Below are positions 43,401 to 52,382 of a DNA stretch of 64,000 nucleotides, piece after piece. Each line of letters opens with the position of its first letter. Within the stretch, counting starts at the first letter, position 1. The position numbers and the translations under genes are program-made. This stretch comes from Candidatus Nomurabacteria bacterium (GTDB taxonomy: Bacteria; Patescibacteriota; Saccharimonadia; JAGOAT01), in the NCBI GenBank assembly GCA_020639315.1, contig JACKGM010000001.1:18511-82510 (forward strand), in the 5' to 3' direction. The notes beneath the pieces were generated by a model that saw only the letters and a program-made list of their open reading frames with translations, had not been told where the DNA came from and made no database searches.

Positions 43401-43460
43401 CGCGAACTGTTCGCGGTTTTTGCCACTTTGCCAGATTAGAAATGTCGCGAACTGTTCGCG
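43401..43460 (-). repeat. Twin-palindrome module, type E (CGCGAACTGTTCGCG x2)
   Basis: Palindromes at 43401-43415 and 43446-43460 (45-bp period). The spacer is GTTTTTGCCACTTTGCCAGATTAGAAATGT. It lies 13 nt from the -10 of the sugar transferase gene. Confidence 0.9.
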
Positions 43461-43543
43461 GTTTTTGCGCCAGTGCTTAGTGTTTCTTATAAACTCGATA
43501 AGTGCCGTATCTTGCCCCATACTCTTCATGAGTTTTGCAACTT

Positions 43544-43603
43544 CGGGGTCAGACCCCGTTATTTTATATCTGTTGGGAAGGTCAGTTTCGGGGTCAGACC
43601 CCG
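43544..43603 (-). repeat. Twin-palindrome module, type C
   Basis: CGGGGTCAGACCCCG at 43544-43558 and 43589-43603 (45-bp period), with core TTTATATCTGTT. It lies upstream of the sugar transferase operon. Confidence 0.9.
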
Positions 43604-43665
43604 ACAACACAAAAACAAAGAGGGACGGTTATGGGGTGGTGAGGTTATAAGGGAGTAGGTCTATT

Positions 43666-44934
43666 CTACCAAGACAAGGTAGCGAAATAATCCTCACGAG
43701 TCTGGGGCCGACGAATCATTTTAATTTCTCCATCTGGCTCCAAAAGATACTCCCCAGCACGCAATTTACCATTGTAATTAAATCCCATTGCGTGAGAGTG
43801 AGCACCAGCATCCCTAATCACTACTATATCTCCAGCTTCCATCTCTGGCAAAGGTCGATATTTGGCATCCTTGCCAGTAAAGAAATCATTATTTTCACAG
43901 AGACTTCCGACCACTGCTTGATCAACTATTCGGCGACCTTCGGGATTCAAAACTTCAATCCCGTGATAAGCATCATACATGCCTGGACGCATCAAATCAG
44001 CCATCGTGGCATCCACCCCGACAAACCTTCTACCTTCATACCCCAGCTTGACACTTCGAACCTGGGTCACTAGATAACCGTGAGGCCCAGTAATATGCCG
44101 ACCGTTTTCTGTCATAATTCTGAGAGGTGGTAAGCCTTTATCTAGAATCATTTCTCTATATACAGATTCTAGTCCGCTAGAAAGCGCTTTGTAATCAATC
44201 GGTTTCTGATCTGGATGATATGCCACGCCCAACCCTCCTCCTAGATTGACAAACTTTATCCCAATCCCTGCTTGTGCCAGCTCAGCTACCTTGGAAAAAA
44301 GGATTCTAGCAGTATCTATATGTTGAGCAACATCAAGCTCATTGGAAACCAACATAGTATGGATACCAAAATGTTTAGCTCCGTATTTAGAAGCCAGCTG
44401 ATAAGCTTCGATTAAATCATGCTCTGGCAAACCAAATTTGGAGTCTTCAGGCCTACCAATAATACTATTATGACCAGCCTTTCTACTTGAGCCTGGATTG
44501 TAACGAAAAGATATTGTCTCAGGAAACTCACTTCCTAATGCGGATCTAAGTACCTCAATCTGATTAATATCATCGAGATTGATAATGGCCCCTTGCCTAT
44601 AGGCCTCCCGGTATTCTTCAGGATCTACATTATTGGCAGTAAACATTACTGCCTCACCTGTCATATCTGCCATCCTAGCTAGCTCTAGCTCTGGACCGGA
44701 GCTAGCATCTGCTCCCATCCCTTCCTCTCTTAATATATCTAAAATATGAGGGTTGGGATTAGCTTTGACTGCAAAATAGTTCTGGTAATCGAACCCTGTA
44801 TTTGACAGCGCCATAGACAAGCTACCGGCAGTCTGCTTGATACCTACTTGATCATACAAATAATATGGTGTCGGGAAATCATTAGCCTTGATTGCCCTTA
44901 GGATCCTGGGTGGTAATTGAATCTGACTACTCAT
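43666..44934 (-). CDS. lysA: Diaminopimelate decarboxylase-like PLP enzyme (Orn/DAP/Arg decarboxylase family)
   Basis: 422 aa with YFAVKANPNPHILDILREEGMGADASSGPELELA, NLGGGLGV and GSLCENNDFF. Confidence 0.75.
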   Translation of the reverse strand: MSSQIQLPPRILRAIKANDFPTPYYLYDQVGIKQTAGSLSMALSNTGFDYQNYFAVKANPNPHILDILREEGMGADASSGPELELARMADMTGEAVMFTANNVDPEEYREAYRQGAIINLDDINQIEVLRSALGSEFPETISFRYNPGSSRKAGHNSIIGRPEDSKFGLPEHDLIEAYQLASKYGAKHFGIHTMLVSNELDVAQHIDTARILFSKVAELAQAGIGIKFVNLGGGLGVAYHPDQKPIDYKALSSGLESVYREMILDKGLPPLRIMTENGRHITGPHGYLVTQVRSVKLGYEGRRFVGVDATMADLMRPGMYDAYHGIEVLNPEGRRIVDQAVVGSLCENNDFFTGKDAKYRPLPEMEAGDIVVIRDAGAHSHAMGFNYNGKLRAGEYLLEPDGEIKMIRRPQTREDYFATLSW

Positions 44935-45029
44935 ATCGTATGTTATAATTTTACCATGAGTATTACTCCTCTAAACCAGCAATCCTCTGCGAGTCTAGTG
45001 GGAGCAAAAGCGGACAATCTTTGGCTACT

Positions 45030-45193
45030 TATAGCAAGTTAAAAACAAAACCAGACTTTTGACCCAACTCTAGAGTCTATAAAGCTAGTTTTCTTCTTCA
45101 CCATATCTATGGATATGGCTCTTAAGAAGAACTAACTTTCTAGTTCTCTATAGTACAGCTCAAATTATCCGGTTTTGTTTTGAGCTTGCTATA
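45030..45193 (+). mobile_element. MITE family B, full copy
   Basis: Near-identical to 13157-13320 over its full length. Confidence 0.9.
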
Positions 45194-45279
45194 CTACCCT
45201 AGGGTACAAGACACCCAAATTTTGTTTTAAAGAGTCTATACAAATAACCTTGAGCCAGCTGAAGTAATCAGACTATTAC

Positions 45280-45711
45280 CTATAAATGATTTTTGAAGTA
45301 TTCTTGCAACATCCTAACTTCTGACTCTAATATATCAATATCTACAGAGTTACTAGGATCCAGCCATAGATAATGGTCATGCTCATCGCTCAATATTACT
45401 TGCGTGGACTCAGCTTTGCATAAAAAATAGATGCCCACTATTTGATTTCTTATACCTTTGATAACTGGTCTCCATTCCCGAACAAAAATTGGTTTAATAA
45501 TCTCAACATTAAGCCCAGTCTCCTCCTTGACTTCCCGATATAAGCCATCTTCAACTTGCTCGCCAATCTCCAGGCGTCCACCTGGAATAGAGTACTTACC
45601 TATATTCGTACCTTCGGTGTAAGTACTAGCTTCCCTCAGTAATAAATACTGACCATCGTCATTAATAATCAATGCCTTAGTGGCGATTCTTTGTAAATCA
45701 ACGGTACTCAT
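45280..45711 (-). CDS. NUDIX hydrolase
   Basis: Nudix box GGRLEIGEQVEDGLYREVKEETGL. Confidence 0.85.
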   Translation of the reverse strand: MSTVDLQRIATKALIINDDGQYLLLREASTYTEGTNIGKYSIPGGRLEIGEQVEDGLYREVKEETGLNVEIIKPIFVREWRPVIKGIRNQIVGIYFLCKAESTQVILSDEHDHYLWLDPSNSVDIDILESEVRMLQEYFKNHL

Positions 45712-45736
45712 GATTAATCTATCTTACCACAATAAA

Positions 45737-45898
45737 CTCGACTTACACAAAATCCTTAAGTCTCCAGGATCGCCTCCGAAGTCCAGAACTACTTTTTTAC
45801 GCTGTCACCGATGCATCAGCATCGCTTCCATCAGACAAAATAACTTCTGAGTCTTTGGAAGGCAATCATGGGGTATCCGAGGTTTTGCGTAAGTCGAG
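45737..45898. mobile_element. Foldback element family G (162 bp), single copy in window
   Basis: TIR is CTCGACTTACACAAAATCC / GGTTTTGCGTAAGTCGAG (16 of 18 match). The arms stay partly complementary inward (TCCAGGATCGCCTCCGAAGTCCAGAA versus TTCTGAGTCTTTGGAAGGCAATCATGGGG). Confidence 0.7.
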
Positions 45899-45945
45899 TA
45901 TTTACTAGACTTATTCCTTGAGTAGGATTAACTTCACTAACCTAT

Positions 45946-46746
45946 TCAAGCCACGCTCTTGCGATAACCTGCCGGTTTTTGCCTATTTTGACTTCGGCTC
46001 TTGATTACTGGCTTTGGGCTGGTTTTGATGCCTGCAGGCTTGTCGCTACTGGACGATTGAGATCTGCTGGATTGATTAGATTTTGACTGCTGTTTGGGTC
46101 TAGTAGATTGGTTGTCAGGGTTAGCTACAGTCTGGGCTGGCTGGTTAGCGATCGGAGTCCAACCATCTGGTTTATTGGCTGTTTTCTTAGATTGGGTTCG
46201 ATTGTTGTCACTTGACCGCGTTGCCCGAGAAGCCTGAGGCCTGCTATCACTTCGCCTATTGTACGGCTTATACTCAATCTGCCTTCTTAGATCACTGACA
46301 AAGCTGATTTCAACTGTAGCATTCTTGAGCAGAGCTGAATAATTCCTCTGACTAGGAACCAATAGGTGAGCTAGCTTATTACGCTTGCCCAAATATTCGA
46401 CCAAGCAATAGAAGTCCCCGTCACCTGTGACTAGAACTGCTTGGTCATAATTATCAATATCTGTCATTGCCTGAAGTACCATCTCAGCATCAGTATTGCC
46501 CTTGATATCCCCCGCTTGATTTTCAAGAGTTGGCTTAAACATCAAAATAAATCCTGCCTCTTGCAATCCCTTATAAAGATCTGAATTGCTATCAACAAAA
46601 CCAATAAACATATAGGCTTTGGTAACCTGGTAGGTATCTTCCAAATATTTGCGAAACTTACGATAATCCAGCTTCCAGCCATGGCTGCGAATCGCCATAT
46701 TTAAGTTTTGACTATCAACAAAAGCGTAATTGTATACTTGACTCAT
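45946..46746 (-). CDS. NYN/LabA-like domain protein with disordered basic C-terminus
   Basis: N-terminal YAFVDSQNLNMAI...AVLVTGDGDFYCLVEYL. The C-terminal 100 aa or so are S/Q/K/R-rich. Confidence 0.7.
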   Translation of the reverse strand: MSQVYNYAFVDSQNLNMAIRSHGWKLDYRKFRKYLEDTYQVTKAYMFIGFVDSNSDLYKGLQEAGFILMFKPTLENQAGDIKGNTDAEMVLQAMTDIDNYDQAVLVTGDGDFYCLVEYLGKRNKLAHLLVPSQRNYSALLKNATVEISFVSDLRRQIEYKPYNRRSDSRPQASRATRSSDNNRTQSKKTANKPDGWTPIANQPAQTVANPDNQSTRPKQQSKSNQSSRSQSSSSDKPAGIKTSPKPVIKSRSQNRQKPAGYRKSVA

Positions 46747-46754
46747 CTGATAGT

Positions 46755-46763
46755 ATTATACCA
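46755..46763 (-). promoter_or_regulatory. Extended -10 (TGGTATAAT) 8 nt before the ATG of the NYN-domain gene
   Basis: Minus strand reads TGGTATAAT-ACTATCAG-ATG. Confidence 0.5.
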
Positions 46764-46831
46764 TGCTCAAAGAAGCCTGCTTGTAGAGTTAGGATAATAC
46801 CCTAACTTACACCAAAAGGAGATACGAACTA

Positions 46832-47530
46832 TCAGATAATCATCCAAAACCTACCCTCAGGCTCACCCCTCATCTGTGATCTACGGTGAGAAAACTGATC
46901 AACATTACTAAAAGTATCATAGCTATAGTCGATCAACTGACCACTACCAATACCAAGTGTCGATAATTGGTCTAATATATTTGCCTTGACATCATAGCAA
47001 AGCTGACCATCCGATCGTCTAGTCAGATACTCGGGGTTCATCCCTGGTTGTTCTTGATCAAACAAGTAGCTTTCTTTAGATATACCAGGACCCAACACGA
47101 ACTTTAGATCTACTAATTCAAATCCTCGGCTAGATAAATCCTCAGTGACTTGCCTAAGTAAGCCCAACTCTGTACCAAATCTCCCTAGATGTAAAATACC
47201 CTTTACTCCTTCAGCCCAAAAAGCCAACCCAAAACAGTCGGCTATTGGTAAAACTAAACTTATATTATCAGAGTTCGTGACTAGTCCGTCACAAGTTACA
47301 GGATCCAGACCGGCAACTCCCCTACCTCCATCATCGCGATCAACCCAAATATACCGATCCTTTTGCTCACAAAAAATTACAACCACCTCCTCAGGCACTA
47401 AAGCTAATCGATCAAGCAATTTTGCTCGATTAGCCTCAACCTGACTAGACTTACCAAACCGATAATCCAGATTGCCATCACCTTGATCTGTTATAACAAT
47501 CCGCTGGCTACCCTGCTGATAGGTAATCAT
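46832..47530 (-). CDS. pgeF: YfiH/PgeF (DUF152) family protein
   Basis: 232 aa with PIADCFGLAF, GILHLGRFG and FSHRRS motifs resembling the DUF152 Cys/His site. Confidence 0.6.
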   Translation of the reverse strand: MITYQQGSQRIVITDQGDGNLDYRFGKSSQVEANRAKLLDRLALVPEEVVVIFCEQKDRYIWVDRDDGGRGVAGLDPVTCDGLVTNSDNISLVLPIADCFGLAFWAEGVKGILHLGRFGTELGLLRQVTEDLSSRGFELVDLKFVLGPGISKESYLFDQEQPGMNPEYLTRRSDGQLCYDVKANILDQLSTLGIGSGQLIDYSYDTFSNVDQFSHRRSQMRGEPEGRFWMII

Positions 47531-47946
47531 AACAACTCAGCATCAAGGCACTGATTGACCATTGCATCAGCCGATTTATTCTTGTCCCGCAAGACATGCT
47601 CAAACTTCACCCTAAGCCCCTTGTCACTTATCTCTCTGAGGATTTTGGCCACCAGTGGCTTGATATCTGGATGCTTGACCTTCCAATTGCCACTCAGTTG
47701 CTCAACTACTAGCTTGCTATCCATATAAAAGTAATAGCTCTCAGCCGGATACCTATCGAGATTTTCTAGTGCCAAGATCACTGCATCATATTCAGCCTGA
47801 TTGTTGGTAGTATGCCCGAGAAATCGACTATACTCTCCGAGTACCGTACCGTCTGGCAAACTGAATACAATACCTGAAGCAGCAGGTCCTGGATTACCCC
47901 TAGATCCGCCATCGCCATTGATCACTACTAGCTTGTGCTTATTCAT
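47527..47946 (-). CDS. rnhA: Ribonuclease HI
   Basis: VINGDGGSRGNPGPAASG...TNNQAEYDAVILALE...DSKLVVEQL...NKSADAMVNQ (DEDD residues). Start placed at MNKHKL; the track start is TTG. Confidence 0.85.
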   Translation of the reverse strand: MNKHKLVVINGDGGSRGNPGPAASGIVFSLPDGTVLGEYSRFLGHTTNNQAEYDAVILALENLDRYPAESYYFYMDSKLVVEQLSGNWKVKHPDIKPLVAKILREISDKGLRVKFEHVLRDKNKSADAMVNQCLDAELL

Positions 47947-47957
47947 CTCATATAGTC

Positions 47958-47963
47958 TATAAT
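47958..47963 (+). promoter_or_regulatory. -10 box TATAAT 6 nt before ATG 47970
   Basis: TATAAT-ACAACT-ATG. Confidence 0.45.
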
Positions 47964-47969
47964 ACAACT

Positions 47970-48566
47970 ATGAGCGAACGCAACTGGGGTAATGGTAATT
48001 TGCCTAAACGCCCAAACCTACACCTAGTACCAGATTTGGTATACGAACAAACCCCTCAAGGTGTTGATGCTATATTCTTGAAGCTATTGCTAAGACCAAC
48101 TAATACTGAAGCTGTTACAGAAATACTCGATAACTTAGTTTTACGAAAGAAGGAAAACGAAAAAGCACCAATAGTAATCTCGGCTCCCCCCAAAGAACCC
48201 GGTGATGATGTTTTTGACCAAGCTGCTAGACAGTATTTCCCAGATGAGAAACTACTTGGCAACGTACTTAATTCCGAATCCGAAGAAAAAGAGACTATAC
48301 TTGTATGCTACCTTGCAATCAATTATCATCCTAAACCCGACTCATCAGGGGAGCCCACATCCTATCCACTTAAAATTCATGTGGGAAACCATTTCTTTAT
48401 ACCAAAAACTAAAAGGTCGTACTATCTGTTCTGTCCACCTGGACTATATACACCTATAAGCCCTGTTCTTAGCCCGCCAAACCCCTTTAATACCAGAGCT
48501 ATAATTTATAACCCCCGACTAAGGCATCCTAGCCATCTACCTCCGACACCTCCTAGAGCTAGCTAG
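47970..48566 (+). CDS. Hypothetical protein with Pro-rich C-terminus
   Basis: 198-aa ORF. TATAAT at 47958-47963 lies 6 nt before the ATG. No motif recognised. Confidence 0.55.
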   Translation: MSERNWGNGNLPKRPNLHLVPDLVYEQTPQGVDAIFLKLLLRPTNTEAVTEILDNLVLRKKENEKAPIVISAPPKEPGDDVFDQAARQYFPDEKLLGNVLNSESEEKETILVCYLAINYHPKPDSSGEPTSYPLKIHVGNHFFIPKTKRSYYLFCPPGLYTPISPVLSPPNPFNTRAIIYNPRLRHPSHLPPTPPRAS

Positions 48567-48849
48567 ATTTACGTCTGGGCATTGTGTCAAGCAAGTCTAA
48601 TATTATTTTTGTAACAGCTCTCATAGATCTATCTGTAGGCTCTCCTATGCCTTTCTCTATATCTGAATCGTAACTACTAGGACTGAAATACTTATCATTA
48701 GTCACCAACAGTATTCCTCCTTTTGGGGTAAGGGCGTCAAGCCTCCATGAATAAATTGTTCCACTAGAAAATCCACACATCACATAATGCAGATCCAGAT
48801 CGATATTACTCATATCTGAGCCTAAATCCACCACTATACTATAACTCAT
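48559..48849 (-). CDS. Hypothetical protein
   Basis: 96-aa ORF, convergent with the previous gene and overlapping its 3' end by 8 nt. Confidence 0.4.
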   Translation of the reverse strand: MSYSIVVDLGSDMSNIDLDLHYVMCGFSSGTIYSWRLDALTPKGGILLVTNDKYFSPSSYDSDIEKGIGEPTDRSMRAVTKIILDLLDTMPRRKSS

Positions 48850-49252
48850 TACTACTACTCCATCTGGAGTCTCATGCAGTAAAGAATAAGCTGTAGCCCG
48901 TCATATCTTTTAACATTACTATTCAAATTAAGTTGCCAAAGTGCCAAATCAAACCCCAGTCTCGTTTCTTCTGTGGGAGGCTAGATCACCAACGTTGAAG
49001 TCCTCTGGGAATACTAGCTCACTATTCATATCCATACTGATATTGTAACACCTTGGCAAGAAATAAAATATTAGATACATAAACGGGATACTCGCCACTC
49101 GTTGCTTACATCAAATCACTATCGAATTGAATACAAGTCTTGAATATCCCGTATTTACAATTCGATATTGGCTAGTGCGCCGATATTAATGTGATGTAAG
49201 CAAATTAATCCTAGCATAGTGCTTACGCTTCTAGCAACCATTTCACCCATTT

Positions 49253-49311
49253 CAAGGGCACCCCTTGCAGTTTTCTATCTGTAAGAGATGCTTTTTCAAG
49301 GGCACCCCTTG
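49253..49311 (-). repeat. Twin-palindrome module, type D
   Basis: Palindromes at 49253-49267 and 49297-49311 (44-bp period), with core TTTCTATCTGT. Confidence 0.9.
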
Positions 49312-49403
49312 CATTATAATTCTCACTTCTCCCCAGTCATTACCTATACCCACCCTACTAGCCCTGGCAGCATTGGACCGAGATCACAGATATTCTAAAA
49401 TAT

Positions 49404-49535
49404 ATTACTGGATCCCCCGTAAACTCCTTCGGAGTTTCGGAGGATGACAGGAGAGGGGCGAGTTTTGAATATGATAGGAGTTGGGTCACCAAACCAAAAT
49501 CCCACAAAGATTTATGGGATATCCAGTATTTGAAT
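49404..49535. repeat. Family-A hairpin repeat cluster
   Basis: rc GTCATCCTCCGAAACTCCGAAGGAGTTTACGGGGGATCCAGTAAT, and GTCACCAAACCAAAATCCCACAAAGATTTATGGGATATCCAGTATTTGAATT. Confidence 0.9.
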
Positions 49536-49543
49536 TAGGATTG

Positions 49544-50362
49544 CTATTTACTCAAATAAATAAAGGGCATACTACCATCTGTGCTGATCCTATCTCCCCC
49601 ACTATTGATAGTATGATATGCATCTGTAAAATGCGTGATTATCTCTATATCTTTGACCTGTCCATTATCTTCCAAATTCTGGATGATATAATCTCTCTCT
49701 TCGTCAATATTCTCAGCAATCTTGTGGTTGAGCTGAACTGTCAGCCAGGTGATCCCAACGCTCCTATCATAGGTCGCTGCACCCACCCAATCTGCTTTAT
49801 GTCCTCCAGGCATCCGCCAACCATCTGGCGTTTTCCAGAGTCTAAGATGATGCCTACTCCTAGGATTGGCATCCACTTCTTTCTGAAATACAAGATCTGG
49901 TTTCTTACCAAATAAATAGCTATCACTAACTGGGGCTGTCGGATAACTCCGCTTGAGCAAACCAGCATACAAGATCTTGGCATAGCTTAGCAAATTTTTT
50001 TGATCTGCCTGATGCCAACCACTTATCCTGAATGCATTTAAGACTTGCTCTTGTTCCCCAAACAAAACTAGATTGATCGGGTCCGAAAGTAATCCATCAG
50101 CTGTGCGTGTTCTACCAATATAATAATCTGGTAGATAAATCTTGGTCAAAATTCGATGAATCCTTGGTAGTGTGATATAAGCAGTGATCAACCAAAGTAG
50201 CAAGAAGGGCAAAATCGGGTTCCAGTCGTCCACCAGATCATCGATCAAACTTCGATAGACCAAGTAGCCCAAAATAACCAACCCGATAAAATACAGCACC
50301 CTCTGCCCTATGAGGATAGTGTTGATAGTCAAACCCTTGACTCGCCCTAGTTTTCCAAACAT
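49544..50362 (-). CDS. Membrane protein with LssY_C-like C-terminal domain
   Basis: 272 aa with two N-terminal TM helices and PRSRHHLRLWKTPDGW...WVGAATYD, which resembles the LssY C-terminal family (from memory). TAAAAT (rc 50370-50375) lies 7 nt before the ATG. Confidence 0.5.
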   Translation of the reverse strand: MFGKLGRVKGLTINTILIGQRVLYFIGLVILGYLVYRSLIDDLVDDWNPILPFLLLWLITAYITLPRIHRILTKIYLPDYYIGRTRTADGLLSDPINLVLFGEQEQVLNAFRISGWHQADQKNLLSYAKILYAGLLKRSYPTAPVSDSYLFGKKPDLVFQKEVDANPRSRHHLRLWKTPDGWRMPGGHKADWVGAATYDRSVGITWLTVQLNHKIAENIDEERDYIIQNLEDNGQVKDIEIITHFTDAYHTINSGGDRISTDGSMPFIYLSK

Positions 50363-50424
50363 CCCTTGTATTTTATGCTCAAAAAGTCACCTTTTCAAGG
50401 AGGGAGGGCTAGGTTGGCTAGTCC

Positions 50425-50750
50425 GTAGTTTCCCCTGGAACCTTGGGAGATGACAATAACCTCTGCTGTCATTTTCCAAAATCCCGCCCCTATTCTCGTT
50501 ATCTTCCAAATTTCCTTTAGGAAATTATGGGAGCTCCACCCTCCTCCTGTCATCTTCGGATTACCCCTTGGGGTAATACCGGAGATCCAGTATTTGAATT
50601 AGACCCATAATAATGCAAAATACTGGATCCCCCGCAAGTTCTCCGAACTTCGGAGGATAACAATGCTCCCTCTGTCATCTTCCAAATTTCCGTAGGAAGT
50701 TATGGGGCACTTTCCTATTACTATTTAAGAGATCCAGTATTTGAATTTGG
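50425..50750. repeat. Family-A hairpin repeat cluster in a divergent intergenic region
   Basis: Includes GTCATCTTCGGATTACCCCTTGGGGTAATACCGGAGATCCAGTATTTGAATT, rc GTTATCCTCCGAAGTTCGGAGAACTTGCGGGGGATCCAGTATT, and GTCATCTTCCAAATTTCCGTAGGAAGTTATGGGG. Confidence 0.9.
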
Positions 50751-50813
50751 CATTAGGGCAATGCAAGAACGGCAGACTAAGTGGGAACAAATCCTATGGT
50801 AAGATCGAGGTGA

Positions 50814-52136
50814 TTGGTGTACGCTATGGGTATGAAAATACTTAAAAAACTTGGCTTGATATTAACTTTCATAATCTACCTTATACCGACGGCCGTCTAT
50901 GGTACATCTGAGCCTGTCTTCACCCAGCCAGCAATCGCACCAGATTCAGCCAATGTCAAATCTATTGATCGACTACCTAGCAATCAAGCTCAAGACTACA
51001 ATCTATACCTAAGAAGCGATGGAAAGATCGAGACCAAAGCAAGAATAGTGTTTGACAACACACTTAATCAAGAGCAAAACTCAATCCAATTCACCCTGGA
51101 CAGGGAGATTGAGATAACCTCAGCTTACCAACAAGTCATTAGCATAGATTGCCCAGAAGAAGAGCTGGACTACTGTCCTAGCTACCCCGAATATACTACA
51201 GACTACTATTATAATCCTTATCTTAAAAGTGAATTTTTTGAGATAACTCCCAGTATAGATGGCCAAACACTCACTTTAACCTTCCAAAAGCCAGTAGTCA
51301 GCTCAAGCCAATCAGCAATCTATTTGGTTTATGATTATCCCCAACCTACTAGCAAAGATTCATTTGGTAGATACCAGCTAGACTGGGTTAACCTTCAAAC
51401 CGAGCAAAAAATTGATAGTATTAACCTTAGTATTACTACAGACAACAAAGTTCATCTAAGCAACCTGGATCAACGCTATCAATATATCAATAATGATTCC
51501 TATTATCCCGAAGCTACACCAGCTAGTGGGGATGCTGGTTATCAAAGATCTAGCCTGGATACTACAATAGTAGGCCTCAACTATCCAAGCCAATCTAGCT
51601 ACCAACTATCCTTTGCCAACCTATCACATAATGAAACTGTGACTGTCCATGCAGATTTTAGTGCTAGCTGGTGGAGGATAAATCTAAATCAGATCCTCTG
51701 GTCACTAGGGCTAATTATTATTGTGATTGCTTGTTTATCTATCCTAGTTAGAAAACTAACCAAAGATAAGAATACTGCCAAGTCCCCGGAGCTAGTCTCA
51801 ATCCTAGCAGGGATTACAGCAGGGATATTGACTCCAGCAATAATCTCGCTATTGCTCTGGATCGTCAAACAGATTGGCTATAACCGTGGTTTTAGTAATA
51901 ACCCCGACATCTTCTACCCCTTGGTATTTCTTTTGCTACTAATCATTGGCTTTATCCTGATCGCTTCCAGCCTGCTTTTGATCCCTTTTCTGATTTGGAA
52001 ACACTTTAGTTGGCGAGGGTTAATCATTACCGTAGTGACGACTTCAATCGTCTTGATTATCGGACTAACCTTGCTACTAATCGTATCTGGTACTAGCCAG
52101 ATCGACCAGCCGGTGATTGAGCCGATGATGTATTAA
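50814..52136 (+). CDS. Hypothetical envelope protein (signal peptide, large exodomain, C-terminal multi-TM region)
   Basis: 440-aa ORF with a TTG start at 50814; ATG alternatives are at 50826/50832 (MKILKKLGLILTFIIYL). There are four or more C-terminal TM helices. Confidence 0.6.
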   Translation: MVYAMGMKILKKLGLILTFIIYLIPTAVYGTSEPVFTQPAIAPDSANVKSIDRLPSNQAQDYNLYLRSDGKIETKARIVFDNTLNQEQNSIQFTLDREIEITSAYQQVISIDCPEEELDYCPSYPEYTTDYYYNPYLKSEFFEITPSIDGQTLTLTFQKPVVSSSQSAIYLVYDYPQPTSKDSFGRYQLDWVNLQTEQKIDSINLSITTDNKVHLSNLDQRYQYINNDSYYPEATPASGDAGYQRSSLDTTIVGLNYPSQSSYQLSFANLSHNETVTVHADFSASWWRINLNQILWSLGLIIIVIACLSILVRKLTKDKNTAKSPELVSILAGITAGILTPAIISLLLWIVKQIGYNRGFSNNPDIFYPLVFLLLLIIGFILIASSLLLIPFLIWKHFSWRGLIITVVTTSIVLIIGLTLLLIVSGTSQIDQPVIEPMMY

Positions 52137-52150
52137 TGGGGCTATATTAG

Positions 52151-52367
52151 ACTGGATCCCCCGTAAGTTCCCCGAACCTCGGAGGATGACAGAAGTCGAG
52201 TCACCAGCCCAAATTTCCACCCTACTTTCGTGTCATCTTCCAAATTTCCATAGGAAATTATGGGATCCAATATTTGAGTTGAATCCCGAGGAATGCAAAA
52301 TACTGGATCCCCAGTAAACCCTCTGGGTTTCGGAGGATGACAAGAGAGGGGCGGGTTTCGGAGAGTA
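52151..52367. repeat. Family-A hairpin repeat cluster between convergent genes
   Basis: Includes GTCATCTTCCAAATTTCCATAGGAAATTATGGGATCCAATATTTGAG and two inverted GGATCC...GGAGGATGAC units. Confidence 0.9.
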
Positions 52368-52382
52368 ATTAAAAAATCAGAT

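Noticed and set aside
43416-43445. Sigma-54 promoter in the type-E spacer (TGGCAAAGTGGCAAAAAC on the minus strand)
   Set aside because: The GG-to-GC spacing is about 9 nt rather than the 12 nt of the TGGCAC-N5-TTGC consensus, and the -12 element is missing.
43380-43610. 77-aa N-terminal extension of the sugar transferase ORF (track start 43610)
   Set aside because: The extension is encoded entirely by the type-C and type-E palindrome modules (SGSDPE and NREQFAT each occur twice). A -10 box and ATG at 43379/43373 give a normal N-terminus before the first TM helix.
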